Part shown: piece by piece, positions 38,223 through 46,442 of the stretch
Position numbering within the stretch: position 1 is the first letter of the stretch
How the letters are laid out: every line of letters starts with the position of its first letter
Assembly (NCBI GenBank): GCA_052034975.1
Contig: JBPOIA010000021.1
Location: 702 to 64,701, forward strand
DNA: 64,000 nt
DNA from: Candidatus Moraniibacteriota bacterium
GTDB lineage: Bacteria; Patescibacteriota; Minisyncoccia; Moranbacterales; UBA1568
Reading direction: 5' to 3'
Notes under the pieces: generated by a model
What the model was told of the DNA's origin: nothing
The model's input: the letters and a program-made list of their open reading frames with translations, nothing else
Database searches by the model: none
Made by a program: the position numbers and the translations under genes

Positions 38223-39019
38223 CGACCGTATCGAAAAAATCGGAAAATCCGCAAGACGATATACTCCCGCCATGGCCGATACTTTTTGAAATACCGCTCT
38301 TGGGACCGATAATAGTGCTTTTTCTGTTCTCGGGACGAATGTTGGCTCGTTCCACCGAAGTGCAGAAGCGAAAACCTTGAAAGCCTTCTCTTGTATCCAG
38401 CCCGTGAGACGCGCTGACAAAAATCAACGTCTTCAAAATACAGAAAAAAATCCTCGTCAAACCCGGAAAGCTCCAAAAAAAGGCTTTTCCGAACAAACAA
38501 CGCGGCACCGCTTACCCAATCCGTTTCCCGATCATCCTCGTTTCCGGATAGCTGCTCGTTCTTCTTCTGAAAAAACTTTCCGGCCAAGATTTTTCCCAGC
38601 GTCGGCCACCGACCGAAGCTCCACCGTTCCGCTTCGCCGGAAGGGCGGAATAGCCTCATTCCCAATACGCCCAAAGCCGGGTCTTTTTCGAATGCTTCGC
38701 GAATACCTTCGAGACACTGTTCTCGGAAGCACGTATCCGGATTGAGGAACCCGATGATTTTTCCCGAAGCTCTCCGTGCGCCGATGTTCGCCGCGACACC
38801 GAAACCCTGGTTCTCTTTATTTTGGAGAAGAAGAAATCCGTATTTTTCCCGAAGACGCTCTACGAGGTCCCGTTCTAAGACGTCATTGTTGGACACAATG
38901 ATCTCGAAAGGTCCGCTGTTCCGATTTTCATATGAAAAAAGGCTTTTCAGGGCGTCTTCGAGACGTCGCGCACTACGATAATTGACGTAAATGAGAGAAA
39001 TGTTCGGATGATCGCCCAT
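38219..39019 (-). CDS. Family-2 glycosyltransferase
   Basis: ISLIYVNYRSARRL, GFGVAANIGARRASGKIIGFLNPDT and an ED motif give a GT-A fold. Confidence 0.8.
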   Translation of the reverse strand: MGDHPNISLIYVNYRSARRLEDALKSLFSYENRNSGPFEIIVSNNDVLERDLVERLREKYGFLLLQNKENQGFGVAANIGARRASGKIIGFLNPDTCFREQCLEGIREAFEKDPALGVLGMRLFRPSGEAERWSFGRWPTLGKILAGKFFQKKNEQLSGNEDDRETDWVSGAALFVRKSLFLELSGFDEDFFLYFEDVDFCQRVSRAGYKRRLSRFSLLHFGGTSQHSSREQKKHYYRSQERYFKKYRPWREYIVLRIFRFFRYGR

Positions 39020-39857
39020 AGAATTTTTCGTAGGCCCGGAATACGAAGGCGGCCTCTTTCCTTCCGAGAAGTCGGTCCATCCGGTTTTTTATCCTCCGTA
39101 TTGTACCATAGAGAGCTCCATACGGACGGATGAACCAGGGTGAGTGTTTTTCGAAGAATAAAAGTCCGGAATAAACGAGGTAGAAGGTCTTTTCGTTGCT
39201 TTTTCGGCTTTTTTCCTGATGATGCACGTGAGCACGCGGCACAACCAGGCAGCGAAATCCGGCTTTTCTCGCGCGCCAGCAAAAGTCAGCATCTTCGTAA
39301 TAAAGGAAGAATCGCTCATCGAGAAATCCTATCTTTTCGATCACCTCTCGCCTGATGAAGAGCGCGCAACCGGTCAAAAATCTACTTTCATACGCGTCTT
39401 GTCGCAAAAGTCTTTTTGGAGGGGTGGTGTGCTCGGTGCGCATCCGAAGAAAATCCACTCTTCCGGCGCCGAACCATATCTTTTCCGATCCGTCCTCAAA
39501 AATAAGCGGGCTGAACAGTCCGGCGTCGGGATACCGCTTCGCGGCAGCAACCAAAAAATCGAGCGTATCATTTTCGGAAGAGGCGTCGGAGTTGAACAGC
39601 CAGACGCTGTCGGCACCACGGGCAAACGCCTCACGCATCCCGATGTTCATTCCGCCGGCAAACCCCTTGTTTTCTCCGTTCGCGACGAAAACGAAAGACG
39701 GGAAACCCTTCTTGGCGACCAAGAACGAATCATCCGTCGATCCGTTATCCGCAACGATGATTTCCTTGTCTTCGTATCGGAGTTCCGAAAGGGAGCGTAG
39801 GCACTTCAAAAGACAGTCCGCGCCGTTGTAATTGAGAACAATGATGGCGACTTTCAT
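38973..39857 (-). CDS. Family-2 glycosyltransferase
   Basis: VAIIVLNYNGADCL...IIVADNGSTDDS, GFAGGMNIG and DxD give a GT-A fold. Confidence 0.8.
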   Translation of the reverse strand: MKVAIIVLNYNGADCLLKCLRSLSELRYEDKEIIVADNGSTDDSFLVAKKGFPSFVFVANGENKGFAGGMNIGMREAFARGADSVWLFNSDASSENDTLDFLVAAAKRYPDAGLFSPLIFEDGSEKIWFGAGRVDFLRMRTEHTTPPKRLLRQDAYESRFLTGCALFIRREVIEKIGFLDERFFLYYEDADFCWRARKAGFRCLVVPRAHVHHQEKSRKSNEKTFYLVYSGLLFFEKHSPWFIRPYGALYGTIRRIKNRMDRLLGRKEAAFVFRAYEKFYGRSSEHFSHLRQLS

Positions 39858-39888
39858 AACATAGCGATACTGACGCCCCGATCAAACG

Positions 39889-41355
39889 CTAGGGCACCAT
39901 TGTTTCAAAACGCTCCGCGTCTGCGAGAGATTCTTCGCGTTTCGAGGAAAAGATACTCAGGAGCTCGTCTTGCGTCACCGCACGAGAAAGCCATAACGCG
40001 AAGATGTAGGTAAAAACGGCGGCGGCGCCTGCGATCAGAAACGCCTGATTTTGAAGAAAAAACAGCGTCACCGCCATCGCCGCACCCGAAACGAAGATTC
40101 GACCGGTGTTTTCGAACGATGGGGCGAAACGGATATGTCTGTATGCGAGCGTGCCGGTCAGAAGCACGACCAACATTTCCGTCAGAAGCGACGCCCAGGC
40201 CGCTCCGGTATACGAATATCGCTCGATAAGAAAGATGTTCAGAATGATATTGAATGCCGCTGCTATCATCAAGGTCTGCATCAGCCTCTTCTGAGCGTTC
40301 CCCACCACAAGCAACATATTGAAGTAGTGTCCGAAGAATATGAAGCTGAGCGCAAAAATGAGGATTCGGAGAACCGGGGCGGACTCCTGAAAGCCCGTTC
40401 CGCTCACGATGCGTACGATATCCCCGGCCAAGAACCATGTCCCGATGATAAGTGGGGTGACAATAAGAAGAAACACCTTGAAGGTTTTGTTCGCGATTTC
40501 CTCAAACTGCCTCCGATCGGTGAAGATGAACCGCGACAGGAGGGGGAGGATAAGCCCGGCTAACATCGCCGGAAAGAAAATGAGATTTTCCATTATCTTG
40601 TACGCCACGTTGTAAATGCCGACGTGAGCGTTCGATTGCATCACCGACAAAAGGATGGTGTCCATCTTGAAATAGGCGAATGTGATGATGGCTGTCATTC
40701 CCATCGGCCAAGATTCTCGAAGAAAAGATTTCCAGTGTGCCGTATCGATATGGAGAGAAAATATCGCGTACCGGCGGCAGAGGATGAACGCTAAAAGAGC
40801 GTTGAATGAGAGAGAGACGAGAAGCGTCGCGGCCACCGCAAGAAATCCGAGATCTTCCTTTATGACGAGCGCGACCATTCCCACCTGGAGGAGCTTCCCA
40901 AGAAATTCAATGATCGCCACCTTGTCCATTGCCAGGCGTTTCTGAAAAATACCGTTTAAAGTGACGGAGAGCGTGGAAAAGAGGATGGCAAAAGCGGCAA
41001 TCAGGATACCCGTCTTCACGTCTCCAGAATAATCGAAGAAAAAAAGGATGAGCGGCGAAAGGGCAACGAGCGCCGTGGAAGAGAGAAATCTCAACGTGAT
41101 GATGCTTCCGAGAATCTTCTGTTCATCCGCGCCCTCGCGCGATATTTCTCGCGCCATCATCGGAGCAAGGCCCAGGTCGGCCAAAGCCGAAAAAAAGGCA
41201 AAAAACGCCAATATGGTGGCATATTTCCCGAAGCCATCCTGCCCGAGATACCCGGTAATCAGGCGAATCGAGAGAAGCGAGAGCACCACCGTCGAAAACA
41301 CCTTCAAGAAGGAATTGAGAACTACAATATAGGCGATTTTTCTCGCGACAGCCAT
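39889..41355 (-). CDS. Wzx-type polysaccharide flippase (MOP superfamily)
   Basis: About 12 TM helices. N-terminus LSIRLITGYLGQDGFGKYATILAFFAF is typical of Wzx/RfbX. Confidence 0.75.
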   Translation of the reverse strand: MAVARKIAYIVVLNSFLKVFSTVVLSLLSIRLITGYLGQDGFGKYATILAFFAFFSALADLGLAPMMAREISREGADEQKILGSIITLRFLSSTALVALSPLILFFFDYSGDVKTGILIAAFAILFSTLSVTLNGIFQKRLAMDKVAIIEFLGKLLQVGMVALVIKEDLGFLAVAATLLVSLSFNALLAFILCRRYAIFSLHIDTAHWKSFLRESWPMGMTAIITFAYFKMDTILLSVMQSNAHVGIYNVAYKIMENLIFFPAMLAGLILPLLSRFIFTDRRQFEEIANKTFKVFLLIVTPLIIGTWFLAGDIVRIVSGTGFQESAPVLRILIFALSFIFFGHYFNMLLVVGNAQKRLMQTLMIAAAFNIILNIFLIERYSYTGAAWASLLTEMLVVLLTGTLAYRHIRFAPSFENTGRIFVSGAAMAVTLFFLQNQAFLIAGAAAVFTYIFALWLSRAVTQDELLSIFSSKREESLADAERFETMVP

Positions 41356-41377
41356 TGGATTTTTTGAATATCGTGCG

Positions 41378-41881
41378 CTAGATAGCCGGGGATTCATCGG
41401 CGACCGGCTTCGGACGCACCATTATCTTTCGTTCGGTTCCCTTGCCGACGCTTTCCGTAAATACACGGGTGTCCGTATGCAGATACGAATGGATGATCTT
41501 CCGCTCATAGGGAAGCATCGGGCGCAAGGCGACGGAAATATTGTTCAGCAAGACTTCATCAACCGCTTTCTTTGCCTCGCGTTCCAGCGTGGATTTCTTT
41601 TCCATAAAATAATCGTTCACGTCGATGATGACGTTTATGGATTCGCCGGTCTGCTTGCGAAACAATGATCGTACTAGATGCTGGACCGCTGCCAGATTCG
41701 CCCCGTACTGACCAATAAGAAAATGCTGATTCTCTTCTACCCGTACGGAGCACAGGAGCGTTTCTTGGGTTTCTTCAAGAGGGGAAATTTCGATATGGCG
41801 TATCTGAAAATCCATCTTCTCAAGAAGTTTCATCACGATGTCCTTCAGAATATCTGCGTTGGATGTTTCCATACGATTCAT
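41378..41881 (-). CDS. Jag/KhpB-like RNA-binding protein (KH + R3H)
   Basis: Conserved position downstream of yidC. R3H-like YERKIIHSYL. KH-like N-half. Confidence 0.65.
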   Translation of the reverse strand: MNRMETSNADILKDIVMKLLEKMDFQIRHIEISPLEETQETLLCSVRVEENQHFLIGQYGANLAAVQHLVRSLFRKQTGESINVIIDVNDYFMEKKSTLEREAKKAVDEVLLNNISVALRPMLPYERKIIHSYLHTDTRVFTESVGKGTERKIMVRPKPVADESPAI

Positions 41882-41882
41882 C

Positions 41883-42608
41883 TTACGCCTGTTTCGGCTT
41901 AAAAATATACATCTGCTGAAAAATCATAAACAGGGTCGAGAACAGCCAGTACAAGGACAGGGCGGCCGGAAACGTCGCGCCGATAAAGAGCGTCAACCCG
42001 GGACCAAGATAGAGCATCTGCTTATTCATTATAGCCGCAAAATCCGGCTCATCGGAAGCGGATGATGCCGATGAAGTAGCTTTTTGGCTCTGTAAAAGCA
42101 TTTTTGTCTGATAATACTGGGCGGCAGCCGAGAGAATTGCAAAAACGTAACTTGGCTTCGTAAGATCGACTATGTTCATAAAAAGATGCCCGATATTTCC
42201 AGGATTGGAGATAAAGGCGTACAAATCAGCCTGATTCACGACTAAACCGGCCTGGGAAATGTTCATAATCACCCGGTAAATAGCGATGAGGAAAACGAGC
42301 TGGATGATGAGCGGAAGGCAGCCGGAGAACGGGTTTACCTTGTTCTCCTTATAGAAATCCATTATGGCGCGCGTCTGTTTTTCCTTATCGTCCTTGTGTT
42401 TTTTCTGGATTTCCTTTATTTTCGGCTGAATTTCCTGCATTTTCTTCTGCGACTCTATCTGTTTTTTGGAAAGTGGGATGAATAATGTCTTGATGACGAG
42501 GGTCGTAAGAATGATAGCTATACCAAAATCCTGTCCGGGAACGGTATTATAGAAGAATATGAGGATATTATAGAGTGGCTGATAGATGAATATGTCGAAA
42601 AGGGCCAT
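41883..42608 (-). CDS. yidC: Membrane protein insertase YidC (short Oxa1-type)
   Basis: LYNILIFFYN, IIL[TL]TLVIKTLFIPLS and NPFSGCLPLIIQ are YidC core motifs. Confidence 0.85.
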   Translation of the reverse strand: MALFDIFIYQPLYNILIFFYNTVPGQDFGIAIILTTLVIKTLFIPLSKKQIESQKKMQEIQPKIKEIQKKHKDDKEKQTRAIMDFYKENKVNPFSGCLPLIIQLVFLIAIYRVIMNISQAGLVVNQADLYAFISNPGNIGHLFMNIVDLTKPSYVFAILSAAAQYYQTKMLLQSQKATSSASSASDEPDFAAIMNKQMLYLGPGLTLFIGATFPAALSLYWLFSTLFMIFQQMYIFKPKQA

Positions 42609-42619
42609 ATCTCTTTGTA

Positions 42620-42961
42620 TTAATTCGGATAAATTTGTCTTAAAAACCCATTAAAAACCTGTTGAATAGCCTCTTTTGTCCTATTTCTTGGCCTCTTCGT
42701 AAGAAAAAAAACAATATCTACTCCCTCAGAGGGACCTTTCTGAAAAAGTATCCTTAGCGTTTCTGAAAAAGTGCGCTTCAAACGATTCCTCTCGACAGCG
42801 GTCGGAACATACTTCTTACTCAAAGAAAACCCGACTTTTGGCTTATTTTCAGTATTTTTAACGTATCGGCAGCCTATTTCTTCAAAAAAAAGGGGTCTTC
42901 CGCTACGAAATACCCTATCGAAATCCTCCTTTTTTTTCAACCGGAATCCCTTTTTTAGCAT
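42620..42961 (-). CDS. rnpA: Ribonuclease P protein component
   Basis: LKKKEDFDRVF...VGFSLSKKYVPTAVERNRLKRTFSE matches the RnpA RNR motif region. Confidence 0.85.
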   Translation of the reverse strand: MLKKGFRLKKKEDFDRVFRSGRPLFFEEIGCRYVKNTENKPKVGFSLSKKYVPTAVERNRLKRTFSETLRILFQKGPSEGVDIVFFLTKRPRNRTKEAIQQVFNGFLRQIYPN

Positions 42962-42964
42962 ATT

Positions 42965-43105
42965 TTAAGCTACCGAAAGCTTTTTTCTTCCGGAAGCACG
43001 TCGACGGGCGATCACTTTTTTCCCGCCTTTCGTGCTCATTCGCTTCAAAAATCCATGGCGACGCGAGCGCTTACGGGTTTTCGGCTGATATGTTCTCTTT
43101 GGCAT
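42965..43105 (-). CDS. rpmH: 50S ribosomal protein L34
   Basis: Not in the ORF track. Reverse complement translates to [46 protein letters not shown]. Confidence 0.9.
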   Translation of the reverse strand: MPKRTYQPKTRKRSRRHGFLKRMSTKGGKKVIARRRASGRKKLSVA

Positions 43106-43290
43106 ATCATTTTGAAATAAATTGATTTAGCTCTGATAGTTTATGTAGTGTATCTAAAAAAGAGAGAAAAGTCAATTTATAAGGAAAAAGTGCACTTATT
43201 CACTTCTTATCCACTTTTTTAGCATCTTTTAGCTTCGCTACGAAGGTTTTTATCTGTTATAATGAGTTTTGCTGTTGATAATTTTCCTCT
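43106..43290. other. Putative oriC segment upstream of dnaA
   Basis: DnaA-box matches CTTATCCAC (~43208) and TGTTGATAA (~43275). Conserved rpmH|dnaA junction. Confidence 0.5.
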
Positions 43291-44709
43291 ATGACGAACG
43301 AGGAGCTTTGGAAAGCCGTTTTAGGACAAATTGAACTTTCCATATCGAAAGCGAATTTTATCACGTGGTTCAAGAATACCGCTATTTTAAATCGTCAAAA
43401 TGGGTTAGTGACCATTGGTGTTCCAAATGGATTTGCAAAGGAATGGCTCGAAAATAAGTATAATCACTACATCTTGAAAGCCTTAAAAAGCCTTGATTCT
43501 GATATAAATGAGATCCGTTGTATTCTTTCTATTGAAAAACCTCTCTCTCAAGGCATCGACTCTGTTAAAAATACCACTCCTTTAAAGTCGTCTGATGTTG
43601 CAACCGGCTTCGTAAGAAAAAAGCTCCTGGAAAAGCCTATTTTTACCGATCAACAACAAAGTACGCCGGCATTTCATGAAACAAACCTCAATACCCGGTA
43701 CACTTTTGAGAATTTTATTGTAGCTGAAAACAATGAGCTCGCTCGGGCAGCCTGCTACGCCGTTTCCCAAAATCTCGGTGCCGCCTATAACCCGCTTTTC
43801 ATCTACGGCGGTGTTGGTTTAGGAAAAACACACCTTCTCCAATCCATCGGGAATGAAGTTATCAAAAATCATCCAGAAAAACGCATTAAATATATCACTT
43901 CCGAGCGCTTTACCACGGAATTAGTGGATTCTATTAAAAATCAAAAAATCGACCGCTTTAAGGAATATTATCAACAGATGGATCTTTTAATTATTGATGA
44001 TGTACAATTCCTTTCTGGGAGAGAAAAGACTCAGAATGAGTTTTTCCATATCTTTAATTCCCTTTATCAGATCAATAAGCAGATTGTCATTTCAAGTGAC
44101 CGACCACCAAAATCCATCCCTACTCTTGAGGAGCGCCTCCGTTCCCGCTTTGAAGGCGGAATGATCACGGATATTAGCCGCCCGACCGTAGAGACAAGAA
44201 TTGCTATCTTAGAGGCAAAAATAGCCGAAAAGGGCTTTCTTCTCGATACCCCAGCTATCCGATTTATCGCGGAAAATATCACTCAAAACATTCGAGAACT
44301 TGAGGGGGCGTTAAACCGGGTGATGGCTTTTTGTGAATTTCATAAGATTCCACCCACTCTTGAAACAACCCAAAAAATCCTCCATCAGCTTATTCAAAAT
44401 AACAAGAAAACTCTTCAAATAGACGATGTTTTTTCTGTCATCACGGAATATTATACTCTCACTAAAGATGATCTCGTCCGGAAAGGAAGAAAAAAAGAAA
44501 TTTCCCATCCGCGACAAGTGATGATGTACATCTTACGAAAAGAACTTGAGATGCCTTTTTCCGCTATTGGGGAATATCTCGGGGGGCGCGATCATACAAC
44601 CGCACTCCATGCATTTGAAAAAATAGAGAAAGGAAAAGAAGAAAATTTACGATTAAAAGAAGAACTTTCTCTCCTTTATGAAAGATTATATTATTCTCAG
44701 AGTGGATAA
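43291..44709 (+). CDS. dnaA: Chromosomal replication initiator DnaA
   Basis: AAA+ Walker A GGVGLGKTHLL. Sensor motifs. C-terminal DnaA-box-binding HTH (...HTTALHAFEKIE...). Confidence 0.95.
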   Translation: MTNEELWKAVLGQIELSISKANFITWFKNTAILNRQNGLVTIGVPNGFAKEWLENKYNHYILKALKSLDSDINEIRCILSIEKPLSQGIDSVKNTTPLKSSDVATGFVRKKLLEKPIFTDQQQSTPAFHETNLNTRYTFENFIVAENNELARAACYAVSQNLGAAYNPLFIYGGVGLGKTHLLQSIGNEVIKNHPEKRIKYITSERFTTELVDSIKNQKIDRFKEYYQQMDLLIIDDVQFLSGREKTQNEFFHIFNSLYQINKQIVISSDRPPKSIPTLEERLRSRFEGGMITDISRPTVETRIAILEAKIAEKGFLLDTPAIRFIAENITQNIRELEGALNRVMAFCEFHKIPPTLETTQKILHQLIQNNKKTLQIDDVFSVITEYYTLTKDDLVRKGRKKEISHPRQVMMYILRKELEMPFSAIGEYLGGRDHTTALHAFEKIEKGKEENLRLKEELSLLYERLYYSQSG

Positions 44710-44949
44710 GGTTGTATAAATAAAAGAAAGAGGTGTATAAGAGTTTAATAAGAAAAAGAAAAAAGGGTATATTTTATTAAAAAAGAAAAATATTTCTTTT
44801 TATCCTTATAAAGTGTGGATTTTTATAAGAGATATCAAGGACTTCTTTTTATAAAAATCCTAAAAATAAAGCTTAAACTAACTTTATTCAGATATTCACC
44901 GAAGTAATGATAATAATAATTTCTTAATATATATACTCTATTATTTTTT
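44710..44949. other. AT-rich dnaA-dnaN intergenic region; probable DNA-unwinding element with DnaA-box variants
   Basis: Over 75% AT. Carries TTATCCTTAT and AAGTGTGGATTTTTA (ATCCACA core). Confidence 0.45.
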
Positions 44950-46098
44950 ATGAAACTTATCTGTACTCAAGAAAATCTTCAAAAAGCCCTTTCTTACCTA
45001 GAGCGTGTTGTTGGAAAACAAAGTACTCTTCCGATCCTGAGTAATTTTCTTTTAGAGACTGAAAATGGGAGATTAAAGATTTCTGCGACAAATCTTGAAA
45101 TTGGAGTGATTGTCTATATAGGGGCGAAAATAGAACAAGAAGGAAAAATAGCCATTCCAGCAAAATTATTAATGAATTTTATTTCTAATCTTCCTTATAG
45201 TGATGTTGTGGAGCTCTCTACGGAGAATTTTGTAATACATATAACCACCCCAACTCATCAAATGAAAATAAAAGGATTAAATGGGAAGGATTTTCCTATT
45301 ATTCCACAATATAAAAAGGAATATTTTTTCTCTTTTCCGGCACAAAAACTAAAAAATGCGCTTACAAGGGTACTTTTCTGTGCGAGTATAAATGAAGCTC
45401 GATTAGAACTTACGGGAGCACATATCTTCTTTTTTCAGGATTCTATCCATCTTGCAGCAACGGATAGTTTTCGGCTTGCGGAAGAAATTATCCCTTTTAC
45501 GGAATATGGTGAAGGATATCTTTCTTTCTTACAAAATACCCCATCACTCATACTCCCTCTTCATACACTTCAGGAAATTTCTAGAGTGATCACTCCTGAA
45601 AGTAATGAGGTAAAGATAGCACTTGAAGAAAATCAGATATTTTTCGAAGTCGATGGTGTACAAATCATCTCACGGATTATTAATGGAAAATATCCAGAAT
45701 ATAAACAAATTATCCCACAACAATTTACTCTCCAAATCATCTTTCAGAAAGAGATTTTTCAGCGCGCGATAAAGATAGCGAGTGCCCTCTCAATGTATAA
45801 CGAAAACGAGATAACCCTTTCTTTTGATCCGAGAAATTCACAATGTACAGTCACTTCGGTATCAAAAGAAGTCGGGGAAAATGTCACGACACTCCCAATA
45901 GAATTTTTTGAAGGAAAAACGCCGCTTACAATAACATTTAATCCACGATACGTGCTGGAAGGAATAAATGCTCTTGGAGGAGAAAAAATACTTTTTCTTG
46001 CGAATACAGAAGCAACCCCTGCGGGTATGCGAATGATGAAAGGGGAGCGCGAACCAGAACAGAATTATCTTTATATTCTGATGCCGATCAGGAAATAA
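44950..46098 (+). CDS. dnaN: DNA polymerase III beta sliding clamp
   Basis: MKLICTQENLQKALSYLERVV...LPILSNFLLE N-terminus. Three-domain length. Confidence 0.9.
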   Translation: MKLICTQENLQKALSYLERVVGKQSTLPILSNFLLETENGRLKISATNLEIGVIVYIGAKIEQEGKIAIPAKLLMNFISNLPYSDVVELSTENFVIHITTPTHQMKIKGLNGKDFPIIPQYKKEYFFSFPAQKLKNALTRVLFCASINEARLELTGAHIFFFQDSIHLAATDSFRLAEEIIPFTEYGEGYLSFLQNTPSLILPLHTLQEISRVITPESNEVKIALEENQIFFEVDGVQIISRIINGKYPEYKQIIPQQFTLQIIFQKEIFQRAIKIASALSMYNENEITLSFDPRNSQCTVTSVSKEVGENVTTLPIEFFEGKTPLTITFNPRYVLEGINALGGEKILFLANTEATPAGMRMMKGEREPEQNYLYILMPIRK

Positions 46099-46107
46099 AT
46101 AGAGTCT

Positions 46108-46395
46108 ATGCGGACGCTAAAGGAACTTCTTCCACAAAAAAAGAACATTTTACCGACTCAGGATATAGATGAAAAAACAATATTTCATATCTTAAAGAAA
46201 GTTATTATCGAGGAATATGGTATTCGGGGGAGCGAGAATATTCTCCCGAGCAGGTATAAGGAAAAAAAGCTTTTTCTGACGTTTCGAAGCTCATTATGGG
46301 CGAACGAAGTGTGGGTACAGAGAGAATCTCTTCGCCAAAGAATAAACACAATACTCGGGAGCGAAGCGGTAAAAGAAATTAAAGTGTTTGGATAA
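46108..46395 (+). CDS. DUF721/DciA-like small protein
   Basis: C-terminal pattern LFLTFRSSLWANEVWVQRESLRQRINTILGSEAVKEIKVF is typical of DUF721. Conserved position next to dnaN. Confidence 0.55.
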   Translation: MRTLKELLPQKKNILPTQDIDEKTIFHILKKVIIEEYGIRGSENILPSRYKEKKLFLTFRSSLWANEVWVQRESLRQRINTILGSEAVKEIKVFG

Positions 46396-46442
46396 AGCAT
46401 CATTTTTTGATCCAACGGATGCGGTATAATAAGGAAGAGAAT

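Noticed and set aside
38223-38420. N-terminal 66 residues of the second Wzy_C ORF.
   Set aside because: They overlap the upstream GT2 gene by ~200 nt. The internal start MKHMRILLP forms a classic ATGA stop/start overlap instead.
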